From positions 1 through 49,235 of the forward strand of contig JASFYK010000001.1 of the NCBI GenBank assembly GCA_030055545.1: a stretch of 49,235 nt of DNA. Direction: 5' to 3'. This stretch comes from Thermoproteota archaeon. Lineage in GTDB: Archaea > Thermoproteota > Methanomethylicia > Methanomethylicales > Methanomethylicaceae. Positions 37,005-45,803 of this stretch are shown one piece after another. Each line of letters starts with the position of its first letter. The first letter of the stretch is position 1. The translations under genes were made by a program, and so were the position numbers. The notes under the pieces were generated by a model, which saw nothing but the letters and a program-made list of their open reading frames with translations, was not told the origin of the DNA and did not search any database.

Positions 37005-37928
37005 ATGGAGTGCGACGTGCTTATAATCGGCGCAGGTCCTGCGGGTCTTGCAGCTGCGATCTATTCCTCAAGGCAGGGTCTCAGGACGGTCGTTTTGGAG
37101 GAGGCAGTTATAGGCGGCAGGGCCACTTATGCCCATATGATCGACAATTATCCGGGATTCCCAGAAGGGATCTCTGGGGCAGAACTGATATCAAGGTTTG
37201 CAAAGCAGGCGGAGAAATTCGGCTCGATAATAAAACCAGGGGAGGGGGCTAAGGAAATCAAGGTCTTGGGAGAGGCTAAGGAAGTCATTACCGCCAACGA
37301 GCGCTACATCTCCAAGGCGCTGGTGATTGCAACAGGGCTCAGGCAGAAGAAGTTGCAGATACCAGGGGAGGAAAAGCTGCTTGGCAGAGGGGTCTCATAC
37401 TGCGCCACCTGTGACGGTTTCTTCTTCAGGAAAAAGAAGGTGGCGGTGATCGGGGGCGGTAACGAGGCTGCAAGCGATCTCCTGTACCTCTCGTCGCTTG
37501 CTGGGAAGATAGTTTGGCTAGTAGGGGAGGAGGGGATCACCGCGGACGACAGCTATTTGGCAAAGATCAGTGAGATCGGGATTGAGCCGCTAACTGGAGT
37601 TAGGGTTGTGGAATTGCAGGGCAAGGAGAGGTTGGAGGGCATCGTGATTGAGAAAGGGGGCGCTCAGGAAAAGCTGGAGGTGGACGGAGCATTCATAGCT
37701 GTGGGATCGGTCCCCACGGTTGAGATCCTGAGGAGGGCAGGGGTTGAAGTAGACGAAAAGGGATTCATAAAAACCGGAGGCGAAATGGAAACCAACATAG
37801 CCGGCGTTTTTGCCGCGGGCGATTGCACGGGCAAGAGCCACCAAGTGGTACTGGCAGCAGGACAGGGTGCGATGGCTGGGATCAAGGCTTCAGCTTATGC
37901 AAAAATGAAGGGTCTAAAAACCGGCTAG
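37005..37928 (+). CDS. trxB: Thioredoxin-disulfide reductase
   Basis: GAGPAGLAAA FAD loop at residue 8 counting from ATG 37005. Redox-active CATCDG. Second nucleotide loop GGGNEA. Confidence 0.88.
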   Translation: MECDVLIIGAGPAGLAAAIYSSRQGLRTVVLEEAVIGGRATYAHMIDNYPGFPEGISGAELISRFAKQAEKFGSIIKPGEGAKEIKVLGEAKEVITANERYISKALVIATGLRQKKLQIPGEEKLLGRGVSYCATCDGFFFRKKKVAVIGGGNEAASDLLYLSSLAGKIVWLVGEEGITADDSYLAKISEIGIEPLTGVRVVELQGKERLEGIVIEKGGAQEKLEVDGAFIAVGSVPTVEILRRAGVEVDEKGFIKTGGEMETNIAGVFAAGDCTGKSHQVVLAAGQGAMAGIKASAYAKMKGLKTG

Positions 37929-38200
37929 ATCTTCCTTATTGTTGCTATCGAGTTGTCAGCTAAACCCTGTATCCTCATCTCCTCAGCATTAGCCCAGACC
38001 TCATTTTCAGGGATGTCAGGCAAGGGAAGAGCCCTGAGCTCCATCTTCTTTTTCCCGGCAACAACTACCTCGAATTTCTCATTTATCTGGAGGTATTTCA
38101 TGGTCGACGGGTTCAGCTTTCCTATCCCCTTGTCTGTGTCTTCTTTTCTCCTCAGACGGAGGCGCTTTTCAGGAGGCTTTGACATGCATGTCACCACCAT
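37925..38200 (-). CDS. Stand-alone CDC48/VAT N-terminal-like (double-psi beta-barrel) small protein
   Basis: 91 aa. GIGKLNPSTMKYLQI...VVVAGKKKMELRAL...EMRIQGLADNSIATIRK parallels the VAT-N pattern G-I-V-R-L-D-P-x-x-M...V-x-I-x-G-K-R...G-D-x-V-x-V-R-K. Confidence 0.45.
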   Translation of the reverse strand: MVVTCMSKPPEKRLRLRRKEDTDKGIGKLNPSTMKYLQINEKFEVVVAGKKKMELRALPLPDIPENEVWANAEEMRIQGLADNSIATIRKI

Positions 38201-38230
38201 TGAAGGATATGGTTCAATGCCATTTTAAGG

Positions 38231-39937
38231 CTAACGCATTGAGAAGAATCCTTTGAGGAATCCCTTAAGCTCACCGATAGGAACCCTTTGTTGCTCCCAA
38301 GTATCACGGTGTCTGATTGTGACGGTGTCGTTTTGCAGGCTCTCGTAATCGACAGTGATCGCGAGTGGGCAACCTATCTCGTCTGCCCTAGCATACCTCC
38401 TCCCGATCGAGCCTGAGTCGTCGAATTCGGCAATAAGACCTGCGTCTTTTAGGTCGCGGTATATGCAATAGGCCTTCTCCCTTATTCCGTCACGGTTAAC
38501 GAGCGGGAAGACCGAAACGGAGACCGGCGCAATAGATGGGGGGAGCCTAAGCACGACCCTGTCCTCGCGCTCGGAGTATGCGCACTCGAGGGCTAGGTAA
38601 GTGAGCCTGTCGGCACCGAAGGAAGGCTCTGCGACGTGCGGAATGAAACGCTCACCAGTCTGTGCCTCTTCCTTCTCGTAGAACTCCACATACTCAGGCT
38701 TAATCAGCACGCCTTCGATCTCAACAGGGCCAGAGGAGAGTTTCGACCGAAGCATTGAAACATCAGCGCCCTTGATCACCGAAAGCACCTTCCCCGTATT
38801 CTTACCGTGATCCGCACTTATTGCGTCTACCTTTGGCTTGGCAGCAAACACCTTCACTTTCCTAGGAGCATCGAACTTCCTGAATACAGACATGTCCTGG
38901 CCGCTGTATTGCATATGGCGCGAGAGGTCGTAGTCAGTGCGATAAGCATGGCCTGATACCTCCACCCAGCCCCATCGCTCAAGTTTAACCAGCTGGTCGA
39001 AGGTCTGGGCAGAGTAGTGGGCTCTCTCTTCAGGAGGCTTCCCGATGAACATCTGCGACTCGACAGGGGCTCCAAGTTCGGAAATGAACTTCGTTGAGAG
39101 TGCCATGAAATAGGCGAGCCACTCGGTCTTAATGTAGCCCTCCTTCAGTGCCTCGGACACGGACACCTGTACGGGTTCCAACGCCTTGGACTTTACCATT
39201 TCCTCGGTTAGGAGCCTCAGCTTCACATCCGCCACATCATCAATTATCGTACATTCAGGGGATCTTGGGTCAAAGAAGAACTCGACCTCCATTATTGTAA
39301 ACTCCCTTAGCCTGATTGGACCCTGCCTAGGCGAGATCTCATTCCTTGCAACCTTTCCTATCTGGGCCAATCCCATGGGGAGACGCTCCCTCATCGAGTT
39401 GAATATCCCCTTAAAATTGACAAACATGCCTTGGGCAGCCTCGGGCCTCAGATAGGCGACATTCTCCGAGTAGGGGCCGATGTTTGTCCTGAACAGGAGG
39501 TTAAACTTCGAAATCTTGCTCAGCTGACCTTGGCATTCAGAGCACCTCACGCCCCTTTCCAAGATCAGGGCATCGAGTTCCTCAGTCGTCATCCCTTCTA
39601 TGCCCTGGACGTCGCCGATCTGCTCCAGTATCAGGTGATCCGCCCTGAACCGTTTGTGGCACTGCATACACTCCACAATTACGTCAGTAAAATTCTCCAC
39701 ATGGCCCGATGCCTCGAACACTTTGGCGGGCATTATCACTGGGGTCTCAATCTCATAGACCAGCCCATGGTGCCGGTGTATGAAAACCTCCCTCCATCGC
39801 CTCTCAATATTCCGTTTGAGCATCGCACCCATGGGGCCGAAGTCCAGAAAACCTGCGACCCCGCCGTAGATCTCTGAAGAAGGCCAGAAGAAACCCCTTC
39901 TCCTCCCAAGCTCCACTATTTTATCGTATTTGTCCAT
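38231..39937 (-). CDS. glyS: Glycine-tRNA ligase (archaeal/eukaryotic type)
   Basis: 568 aa. N-terminal RRGFFWPSSEIYGG, class II core, C-terminal anticodon-binding domain. Confidence 0.92.
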   Translation of the reverse strand: MDKYDKIVELGRRRGFFWPSSEIYGGVAGFLDFGPMGAMLKRNIERRWREVFIHRHHGLVYEIETPVIMPAKVFEASGHVENFTDVIVECMQCHKRFRADHLILEQIGDVQGIEGMTTEELDALILERGVRCSECQGQLSKISKFNLLFRTNIGPYSENVAYLRPEAAQGMFVNFKGIFNSMRERLPMGLAQIGKVARNEISPRQGPIRLREFTIMEVEFFFDPRSPECTIIDDVADVKLRLLTEEMVKSKALEPVQVSVSEALKEGYIKTEWLAYFMALSTKFISELGAPVESQMFIGKPPEERAHYSAQTFDQLVKLERWGWVEVSGHAYRTDYDLSRHMQYSGQDMSVFRKFDAPRKVKVFAAKPKVDAISADHGKNTGKVLSVIKGADVSMLRSKLSSGPVEIEGVLIKPEYVEFYEKEEAQTGERFIPHVAEPSFGADRLTYLALECAYSEREDRVVLRLPPSIAPVSVSVFPLVNRDGIREKAYCIYRDLKDAGLIAEFDDSGSIGRRYARADEIGCPLAITVDYESLQNDTVTIRHRDTWEQQRVPIGELKGFLKGFFSMR

Positions 39938-40105
39938 TGGTATGCCCTCGCGAGTCAGTCCAGATTGATTATCTACAGGGATATATGCATATTCGTGCCT
40001 ATCCCTGGAAGGATGAGAAAACCGCCCTTACTCAGTTGGGTATATATAAGACCCCAGTAAGGCATAGGGTAGTTGCTTTGGACGAAAATCAGAGGTCGGT
40101 TGAGA

Positions 40106-40996
40106 ATGCCCAATACCCCATTCTACCTTGACTCTCAGCCAGTATATTTTGGGGGCTTCAAGCGGGAATACGCGGATGCCGATTTTGCGCTTTTTGGAGT
40201 CCCCTTCGACTGCACGTCAAGCTACAGGCCGGGTTCCAGGTTCGGTCCTGACGCGATAAGGGAGGCGTCTGCCAACATCGAAACTTGGTCTTGGAGGACA
40301 GGCATTGATTTTGAGGACATGAAGGTCCATGACTTGGGCAACGTTGCAGTTGTGCACGGTGACGCTGCTGAGACCATCAGGAGGGTCGCAGACACGGTCG
40401 AGGACATAAACTCGACAAGGAAAGTCCCCGTGATGTTGGGAGGGGAGCACCTTGTGACCCTTGGCTCTGCGAAGGCCATAAAGGATTGCACATTCATCTC
40501 CTTTGACGCGCACTTCGATCTCAGGGACGAATACCTGTCAAACAAGCTATCACATGCATGTGTGATGAGGCGCATCATGGAAGAGGAAGGTAAGGAAAGG
40601 ATCCTCCTCTGCGGGGTAAGGGCAACCTTCGGAGAAGAGGTAAGATGGGTCAAGGAGAACGGAATAAGGTACATGACTTCAAGGGACTTGTTGAGGGAAG
40701 GGGCGAATTCCTCGTCTTTATGGCTGAAGGAGCAGCTCAAGAACGCTGAAAAAATTTACATCAGCATCGACATGGATGTGATTGACCCGGCTTATGCGCC
40801 GGGGGTTGGAAACCCCGAGCCTGAAGGGATTGCCCCTAGTCTGCTGCTCGATATCTTGGCTGAGACCATAGATGACAGGGTCGTTGGCTTTGATCTGGTC
40901 GAAGTCGCGCCACATTATGACAACGGAAGGACGGCCATACTAGCGTCCAAGATGATCTTCGAGATCTGTGCGATGATAAAACAGGCGCGTCACTGA
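40106..40996 (+). CDS. speB: Agmatinase
   Basis: Canonical ureohydrolase motifs GGEHLVT, DAHFDLRD, SIDMDVIDPAYAPGVG and DLVEVAP. ATG 40106 is in frame with the tracked ORF that begins at 40073. Confidence 0.88.
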   Translation: MPNTPFYLDSQPVYFGGFKREYADADFALFGVPFDCTSSYRPGSRFGPDAIREASANIETWSWRTGIDFEDMKVHDLGNVAVVHGDAAETIRRVADTVEDINSTRKVPVMLGGEHLVTLGSAKAIKDCTFISFDAHFDLRDEYLSNKLSHACVMRRIMEEEGKERILLCGVRATFGEEVRWVKENGIRYMTSRDLLREGANSSSLWLKEQLKNAEKIYISIDMDVIDPAYAPGVGNPEPEGIAPSLLLDILAETIDDRVVGFDLVEVAPHYDNGRTAILASKMIFEICAMIKQARH

Positions 40997-40997
40997 A

Positions 40998-41144
40998 TCA
41001 GCGCGCCTTTATCTCCATTATGATTGGAGATCTAGACTTGTAGAGGATCCTGTGACCGCACACGGGGCACCTGATCCCTGGCAGACCCATGAGTTCGTTG
41101 CTGTCAATCGTCTTTCCGCATTTTTCACAGAGATAGGTTGCCAT
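40998..41144 (-). CDS. rpoP: DNA-directed RNA polymerase subunit P (Rpo12)
   Basis: Hand-translated 48 aa: MATYLCEKCGKTIDSNELMGLPGIRCPVCGHRILYKSRSPIIMEIKAR. This is the CxxC...CxxC zinc ribbon ending RILYK typical of RpoP/RPABC4. A TTTTAAA TATA-like box lies about 40 nt upstream. Missing from the ORF track (under 60 aa). Confidence 0.75.
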   Translation of the reverse strand: MATYLCEKCGKTIDSNELMGLPGIRCPVCGHRILYKSRSPIIMEIKAR

Positions 41145-41361
41145 ATCCAGATACCTAGGCAATAGAGAATGCTACATGTTTAAAAGTATTGCGTAAAGTT
41201 AAGCCATCAAACCGAAAAAACGTTTCAGAATGTAGATCTGGTAGTTTGTCACATAATAAGCGGCATCTACTTGAAGGGGGAAGGCAAGAGGCAAGTGAGC
41301 GGGAGCTTCCATACTTGCAGAGGCTTACCATCCTGAAGGCACCGGGTTAAAAATAAAAAAG

Positions 41362-43038
41362 ATGAAGCCAAATAGGTCAATACCGCCAGGGGTGATGATG
41401 ATCCTAACGATGAATTTCGCATACGTGAGGTTCAAGGACGGCATGAGTAGAGCACTATCTCCAGATCAGTACGATGTTATAGCTATACTCGAAGCATCAG
41501 ACTCCCTGAGGAAGAAGTGGAGGAGTGTGCTCAAGCTCTTCAGGGAGGAAAAGAAGAGGATAGACTTCATTTTCAGGATTTATTACCCAGTTTATCTCGT
41601 CAGGCTTGAGGGCAGAATTGTAGCGGTCGATGGGCTGGGGGTTCAGGAGAGCCACTTCAACGAAGATAGCCTTGCAGACGGAATGATACTGAGCTCAAAA
41701 ACAGTCTTCGAGCCAGTTTTCGGAACCGATTTGTGCAATTGGCTCGGGGAATGGCATGAGATGGCATCAGAAGCCGAAGAAATAAGGAACGGTTTCGCGC
41801 TCCCTCCCACGATTTCAAAGGAAGGTGCCAAGAAGGCAGCAACCGAGTTAATAAGGATCCATGATTTCAACTTGGAGACGGTCAAGAAGATCGAAGACAA
41901 AATTTCTGAGCTGAACGAAGAATACAATAAAGCCCTACTCGGGCTGGTCGAGGAACAGAAGGCGCTCCTTGAGAACTTCGACAAAAAAATTTCGTTGAAG
42001 AGCACTGAGATAGAGGGGCTTGAAACTTACAGCGAGATGAAGATGATCAGGGAGCTTAAGACAAACTTCAGCAAGAAGCTCGAATCGATAAAAAAACAGA
42101 AGGCTGAGGTCGAGCAGACTAGGCACAAGACTGCAGAGAGGATATCGGAGCTGGAAGGTGAGAAGGCAAAGCTGCTCTCGCTGAAGAATTCACTTTCCAG
42201 CAAAATAGCTTCTTTGAGCCTCAGGCTTGAGAGGCTCCGTGACGAGAAGCAGAGACTGAATTCGCAAGGGAACGACCCTAAGATGATCAGCGAGAACCTT
42301 ATCAATTCGGAGAAGATCAGAAGGGAAATCGACAATCTCCAGAGAGAGCTCGAAAGCTGCGTCTCAAAATTCAACCAGATCTCTGGCGAAATCAGTACGC
42401 TGACTGAAAGTTTGAACGGGCTTGACAAGCAGTTGGAGACTCTCAAAGAAAAGGAGAGATTACTGCCGTCAAAAGAGGAGGAGGAGGTAAACAAAGTCCG
42501 CTTGTGTTTTGCAGGAAGGCGCGAAAATCTCGTGAAAGAACTGATGGAGTTGACTGAAGAGAAGGAAAGAAGACTGACAGAAATAAAGACCAGAGAGAGG
42601 CAGGAAAGAGCAAAACACAACAACGAACTCCGAAGGCTGCAGTTCTTGCTCGCCAAGTCAAAAAATGACTTCCAGGCAGTGGAATCAATCATGCTACAAG
42701 ATGAGGGGGAGGCGAGGTGGGAACTGGAGATTTTGTACATACCGTTTTATGTTTACTCAATCGAGGGTGATTTCAGGATCCTTGAGCCCCAGATTCTCAT
42801 TGAAGAGGGAGGGAAGATAGCGAAGTCGGGAGGCACCTGCTTGGTGAGCGGGGGTCTCGAACACTTGCAGGGGAACTGGGATGCGCTGTCGCTGCTGCTC
42901 TTCAAAGCGAAAGACAGCTTCAACCTCCTATCCCTCCAGAACCGGAGGAGGATAATCTCGGCTGCAGAGTCACTCAGGTCTATGCGGGTCATAAATGACT
43001 TCCAGCTCTCCTACATCAGGGCGGTTGAGACGAAATGA
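41362..43038 (+). CDS. Long coiled-coil protein of unknown function with similar N- and C-terminal beta-modules
   Basis: 558 aa. About 280 central residues are E/K/L-rich heptad-like sequence (nt about 41855-42696). The N-terminal IFRIYYPVYLVRLEGR and C-terminal EILYIPFYVYSIEGDF motifs resemble each other. An A/T box directly abuts ATG 41362, so ATG 41395 is an alternative start. Confidence 0.7.
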   Translation: MKPNRSIPPGVMMILTMNFAYVRFKDGMSRALSPDQYDVIAILEASDSLRKKWRSVLKLFREEKKRIDFIFRIYYPVYLVRLEGRIVAVDGLGVQESHFNEDSLADGMILSSKTVFEPVFGTDLCNWLGEWHEMASEAEEIRNGFALPPTISKEGAKKAATELIRIHDFNLETVKKIEDKISELNEEYNKALLGLVEEQKALLENFDKKISLKSTEIEGLETYSEMKMIRELKTNFSKKLESIKKQKAEVEQTRHKTAERISELEGEKAKLLSLKNSLSSKIASLSLRLERLRDEKQRLNSQGNDPKMISENLINSEKIRREIDNLQRELESCVSKFNQISGEISTLTESLNGLDKQLETLKEKERLLPSKEEEEVNKVRLCFAGRRENLVKELMELTEEKERRLTEIKTRERQERAKHNNELRRLQFLLAKSKNDFQAVESIMLQDEGEARWELEILYIPFYVYSIEGDFRILEPQILIEEGGKIAKSGGTCLVSGGLEHLQGNWDALSLLLFKAKDSFNLLSLQNRRRIISAAESLRSMRVINDFQLSYIRAVETK

Positions 43039-44291
43039 GGATCCTATATGCAAGCCAGTCTTTCCTACCTAGCACTGGCGGGGTTTCATATTATCTCATG
43101 TGGCTCGGGAGAAAGTTGAAGGAAGCCAAACACGAAGTTGTATTCGTTAATATGAAGCCTCCTAAAGGAAAAGCCAAGGAAGAGATATCCGGGTTCAAAG
43201 TGTTCAGGGTTCCCGCCGAGGGGGAGTTTGACCAAGACACCCTGCGTGGCTACTCGAAGTTCAAAGAGCTCATTCTAAGGGTCTTCCACAACAGGGAGGT
43301 TCCGGTTGATATGCTCTATAATAAACACCTCTACGGTTACAACGAATACCTGAAGGTCAATGAATCGTTCCAGAGGGCTATTTCAGAAGCCGCAGATCGG
43401 GAGCATCCGGACATAGTCCATGTGCATGACTTCCAACTACTCCCCTGCCTGACCGGCCTCAAAAAAAATACTTGGCCCCTTGTCTTCACTTGGCATATAC
43501 CATTCACAGAAGAGGTGCACCCTGCCTGGAGGGAGGCAATGGTGGAGTACATGAAAGAAGGCTCGGCGTCGATATTTTCGACAAAGGGGTATGCGAGCGC
43601 AGCCATAAAGTCCGGAATTCCGTTCAATAAGGTTAGCGTCATACCTCCATTCATTGATGTGGAGCAGCCCAAAGCAAAGTTCAGGGAGAGATTCGGCATA
43701 AGGAATGACGAAAAGCTGATAATCTGCGTGGCAAGGATGGACAGATTCAAGGGACAAAGCACCCTCCTAGACGCTGCAGCTACGCTTGATCTCGATTACA
43801 GGCTCGTTTTCATCGGGAATGGCTCCTTCAGCAAAGACATCCTCAAGGTCAAGGACAAGGAAAGCTACGGCAAAGAACTAAAGGAGAAGGCAAAAAACAA
43901 TGTTTACTCGGGCAGGGTGATCTTCGCAGGCGCAGTCGACAGAGACCTGCTCATGGCTGCCTATAATGAATGTGACCTCGTCGTATTGCCGTCTGTGCAC
44001 GAAGGCTTCGGTCTAGCAATCACAGAGGGGATGGCATTTGGGAAGCCTGTGATTGGAACTGCTGTCGGCGGGATACCGTCGCAGATCTGGCCAGGAGTGA
44101 ATGGATACTTGGTCAAACCCAACGATCCTAGGTCACTCGCAGATGCGATTCGCCACATCCTGAAGAACGGCGAATTGGCTGAGGAAATGGGAAGGAACGG
44201 CAAGGCGATCTTTGAGAGATACTTTTCCTCAAGGCGAGGGGCTGAAGATCATATAGGACTTTATAATAGACTCCTCAAATTCGGGGGTTGA
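43035..44291 (+). CDS. GT4-family (GT-B fold) glycosyltransferase
   Basis: 418 aa. N-terminal LPSTGGVSYY and C-terminal EGFGLAITEGMAFGKPVI (E-x7-E) motif. ATGA overlap with the upstream gene. Confidence 0.85.
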   Translation: MRILYASQSFLPSTGGVSYYLMWLGRKLKEAKHEVVFVNMKPPKGKAKEEISGFKVFRVPAEGEFDQDTLRGYSKFKELILRVFHNREVPVDMLYNKHLYGYNEYLKVNESFQRAISEAADREHPDIVHVHDFQLLPCLTGLKKNTWPLVFTWHIPFTEEVHPAWREAMVEYMKEGSASIFSTKGYASAAIKSGIPFNKVSVIPPFIDVEQPKAKFRERFGIRNDEKLIICVARMDRFKGQSTLLDAAATLDLDYRLVFIGNGSFSKDILKVKDKESYGKELKEKAKNNVYSGRVIFAGAVDRDLLMAAYNECDLVVLPSVHEGFGLAITEGMAFGKPVIGTAVGGIPSQIWPGVNGYLVKPNDPRSLADAIRHILKNGELAEEMGRNGKAIFERYFSSRRGAEDHIGLYNRLLKFGG

Positions 44292-45571
44292 GGTGGCGAT
44301 TTTCTTTGAATGATAGGAGTGCTTTCAGCGGTTTCTACAAGAAGAGTGTCGATGAGAGGATAGAAATACTGAGGAAGAGTGCGGGTCTCGGGGAAGAGGA
44401 TCTCAAGAGGCTCAAAGATGGACTGCCAATCGAGCTTGCCAACATCATGGTCGAGAACGTAGTGGGGACGTTCCAGCTTCCGCTAGGAATCGCCACGAAC
44501 CTCAGGGTTAACGGCAAAGATTACCTCGTACCCATGGCAACTGAGGAGGCGTCTGTAATAGCGGCTGCGAGCCACGCAGCCAAGCTTGCCCTTCCGGAGG
44601 GGTTCAGGGCGACCAGCACAAGGCCAGTGGTCCGTGGACAGGTCCAGATAATCGGGCTTAGTGATCTTGCGTCACCCGCCCAGAGAATAATGTCAGCCAA
44701 GGAAGAACTGATTGAGGAGGCGAACAGGTTCGCAGGATCGTTACCCAAGATGGGTGGGGGGGTGATTGATCTCAAGGTCAAGGCATTTGAAGAGCCGAGG
44801 AGGATGCTCATCGCAGAATTTTATGTTGACTGCAGGGACGCGATGGGCGCAAACGCGGTGAACACTGTTGTAGAGGGGATCGCTCCAAGGCTAGAGGATC
44901 TCACCGGGGGGAGATGCCTTCTCAGGATCCTGTCAAACCTCGCTACCGAAAGGGTGTCCCGATCCAGCGTGGTTTTCAGGCGGGACGTTATTGGGGATGA
45001 GGTCGTAGATGGGATAATCGCTGCTTATGACTTTGCTTATGCCGATCCGTACCGTGCAGCAACGCACAACAAGGGGATTATGAATGGGATATCAGCGGTC
45101 ACCATAGCCACCGGAAATGACTCTAGGGCGGTAGAGGCAGGGGCGCATGCCTACGCTGCGCTCTCCGGGAGGTATCTCCCGTTATCCAAGTGGTGGAAGG
45201 ACGGGAAAGGGAACCTAGTGGGAGAGCTTGAGCTTCCGCTGGCACTAGGCATTGTCGGAGGCGCTACAAAGATCCACCCCGTGGCTCAGACCGTACTTAA
45301 GATAATAGGCGCTAAGAGCGCGAATGAACTAGCTGAAGTGATATGCTCGGTAGGGCTCGCCCAAAATTTCGCTGCCCTGAGGGCGCTAGTGAGCGAGGGC
45401 ATCCAGAGGGGGCACATGCGGCTCCATTCGAGGAATGTTGCGATCATGGCAGGAGCGGTGGGAGCGGAGATCGAGAGGGTTGCCAGCACGATGGTCGCTG
45501 AAGGCAATATCAGGGTTTCGAGGGCAAAGGAAATATTGGAGGGTTTGAGGGGGAGCTGCTCAGAGCAGTGA
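44288..45571 (+). CDS. hmgA: Hydroxymethylglutaryl-CoA reductase, class II type
   Basis: 427 aa. ENVVGTFQLPLGIA, PMATEEASVIAAAS, DAMGAN and GATKIHP motifs and an N-terminus (FSGFYKKSVDERIE) as in class II (Pseudomonas mevalonii/Archaeoglobus-type) enzymes. The TTG start overlaps the GT stop. Confidence 0.88.
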   Translation: MRWRFSLNDRSAFSGFYKKSVDERIEILRKSAGLGEEDLKRLKDGLPIELANIMVENVVGTFQLPLGIATNLRVNGKDYLVPMATEEASVIAAASHAAKLALPEGFRATSTRPVVRGQVQIIGLSDLASPAQRIMSAKEELIEEANRFAGSLPKMGGGVIDLKVKAFEEPRRMLIAEFYVDCRDAMGANAVNTVVEGIAPRLEDLTGGRCLLRILSNLATERVSRSSVVFRRDVIGDEVVDGIIAAYDFAYADPYRAATHNKGIMNGISAVTIATGNDSRAVEAGAHAYAALSGRYLPLSKWWKDGKGNLVGELELPLALGIVGGATKIHPVAQTVLKIIGAKSANELAEVICSVGLAQNFAALRALVSEGIQRGHMRLHSRNVAIMAGAVGAEIERVASTMVAEGNIRVSRAKEILEGLRGSCSEQ

Positions 45572-45742
45572 AATCGCACCCACTGGGCATGAAGACACGG
45601 CATACTCAAGATCGCATTTCCCCATCTCGTTGACGACTTGAGACTTGCCCTCATGGTCGAGTTCAAAGACCTCAGGACAAACAACAGTACAGTTGCCGCA
45701 TCCGATGCAGAGATCCCTGTCGACCCGCGGTACTTTTGCCAA
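45560..45742 (-). CDS. Single-cluster [4Fe-4S]/[3Fe-4S] ferredoxin (about 60 aa)
   Basis: MAKVPRVDRDLCIGCGNCTVVCPEVFELD...SSCPVGAI, a Pyrococcus-type ferredoxin pattern. TTG 45742 is chosen as the start; the longer tracked ORF (to 45931) adds a non-ferredoxin-like extension. Confidence 0.7.
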   Translation of the reverse strand: MAKVPRVDRDLCIGCGNCTVVCPEVFELDHEGKSQVVNEMGKCDLEYAVSSCPVGAISLL

Positions 45743-45803
45743 ACTGTGCACCAACAAAGAGAGGGGCGGATTAGTTATATAGAATTGACGTTCAGTATTC
45801 GTC

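Noticed and set aside
41155-41331. 58-codon minus-strand ORF in the rpoP / coiled-coil intergenic region
   Set aside because: Cys/Ser/Leu/Arg-rich with no RBS. It would run through the TATA-like box of rpoP and looks non-coding. The G/A-rich 217-nt spacer itself remains unexplained, but I could not fold it into a tRNA or a known ncRNA.
42027-42740. 237-aa ORF antisense to the coiled-coil gene
   Set aside because: Its S/F/L-rich composition is the mirror image of the E/K/L-rich sense strand. No start context and no motifs.
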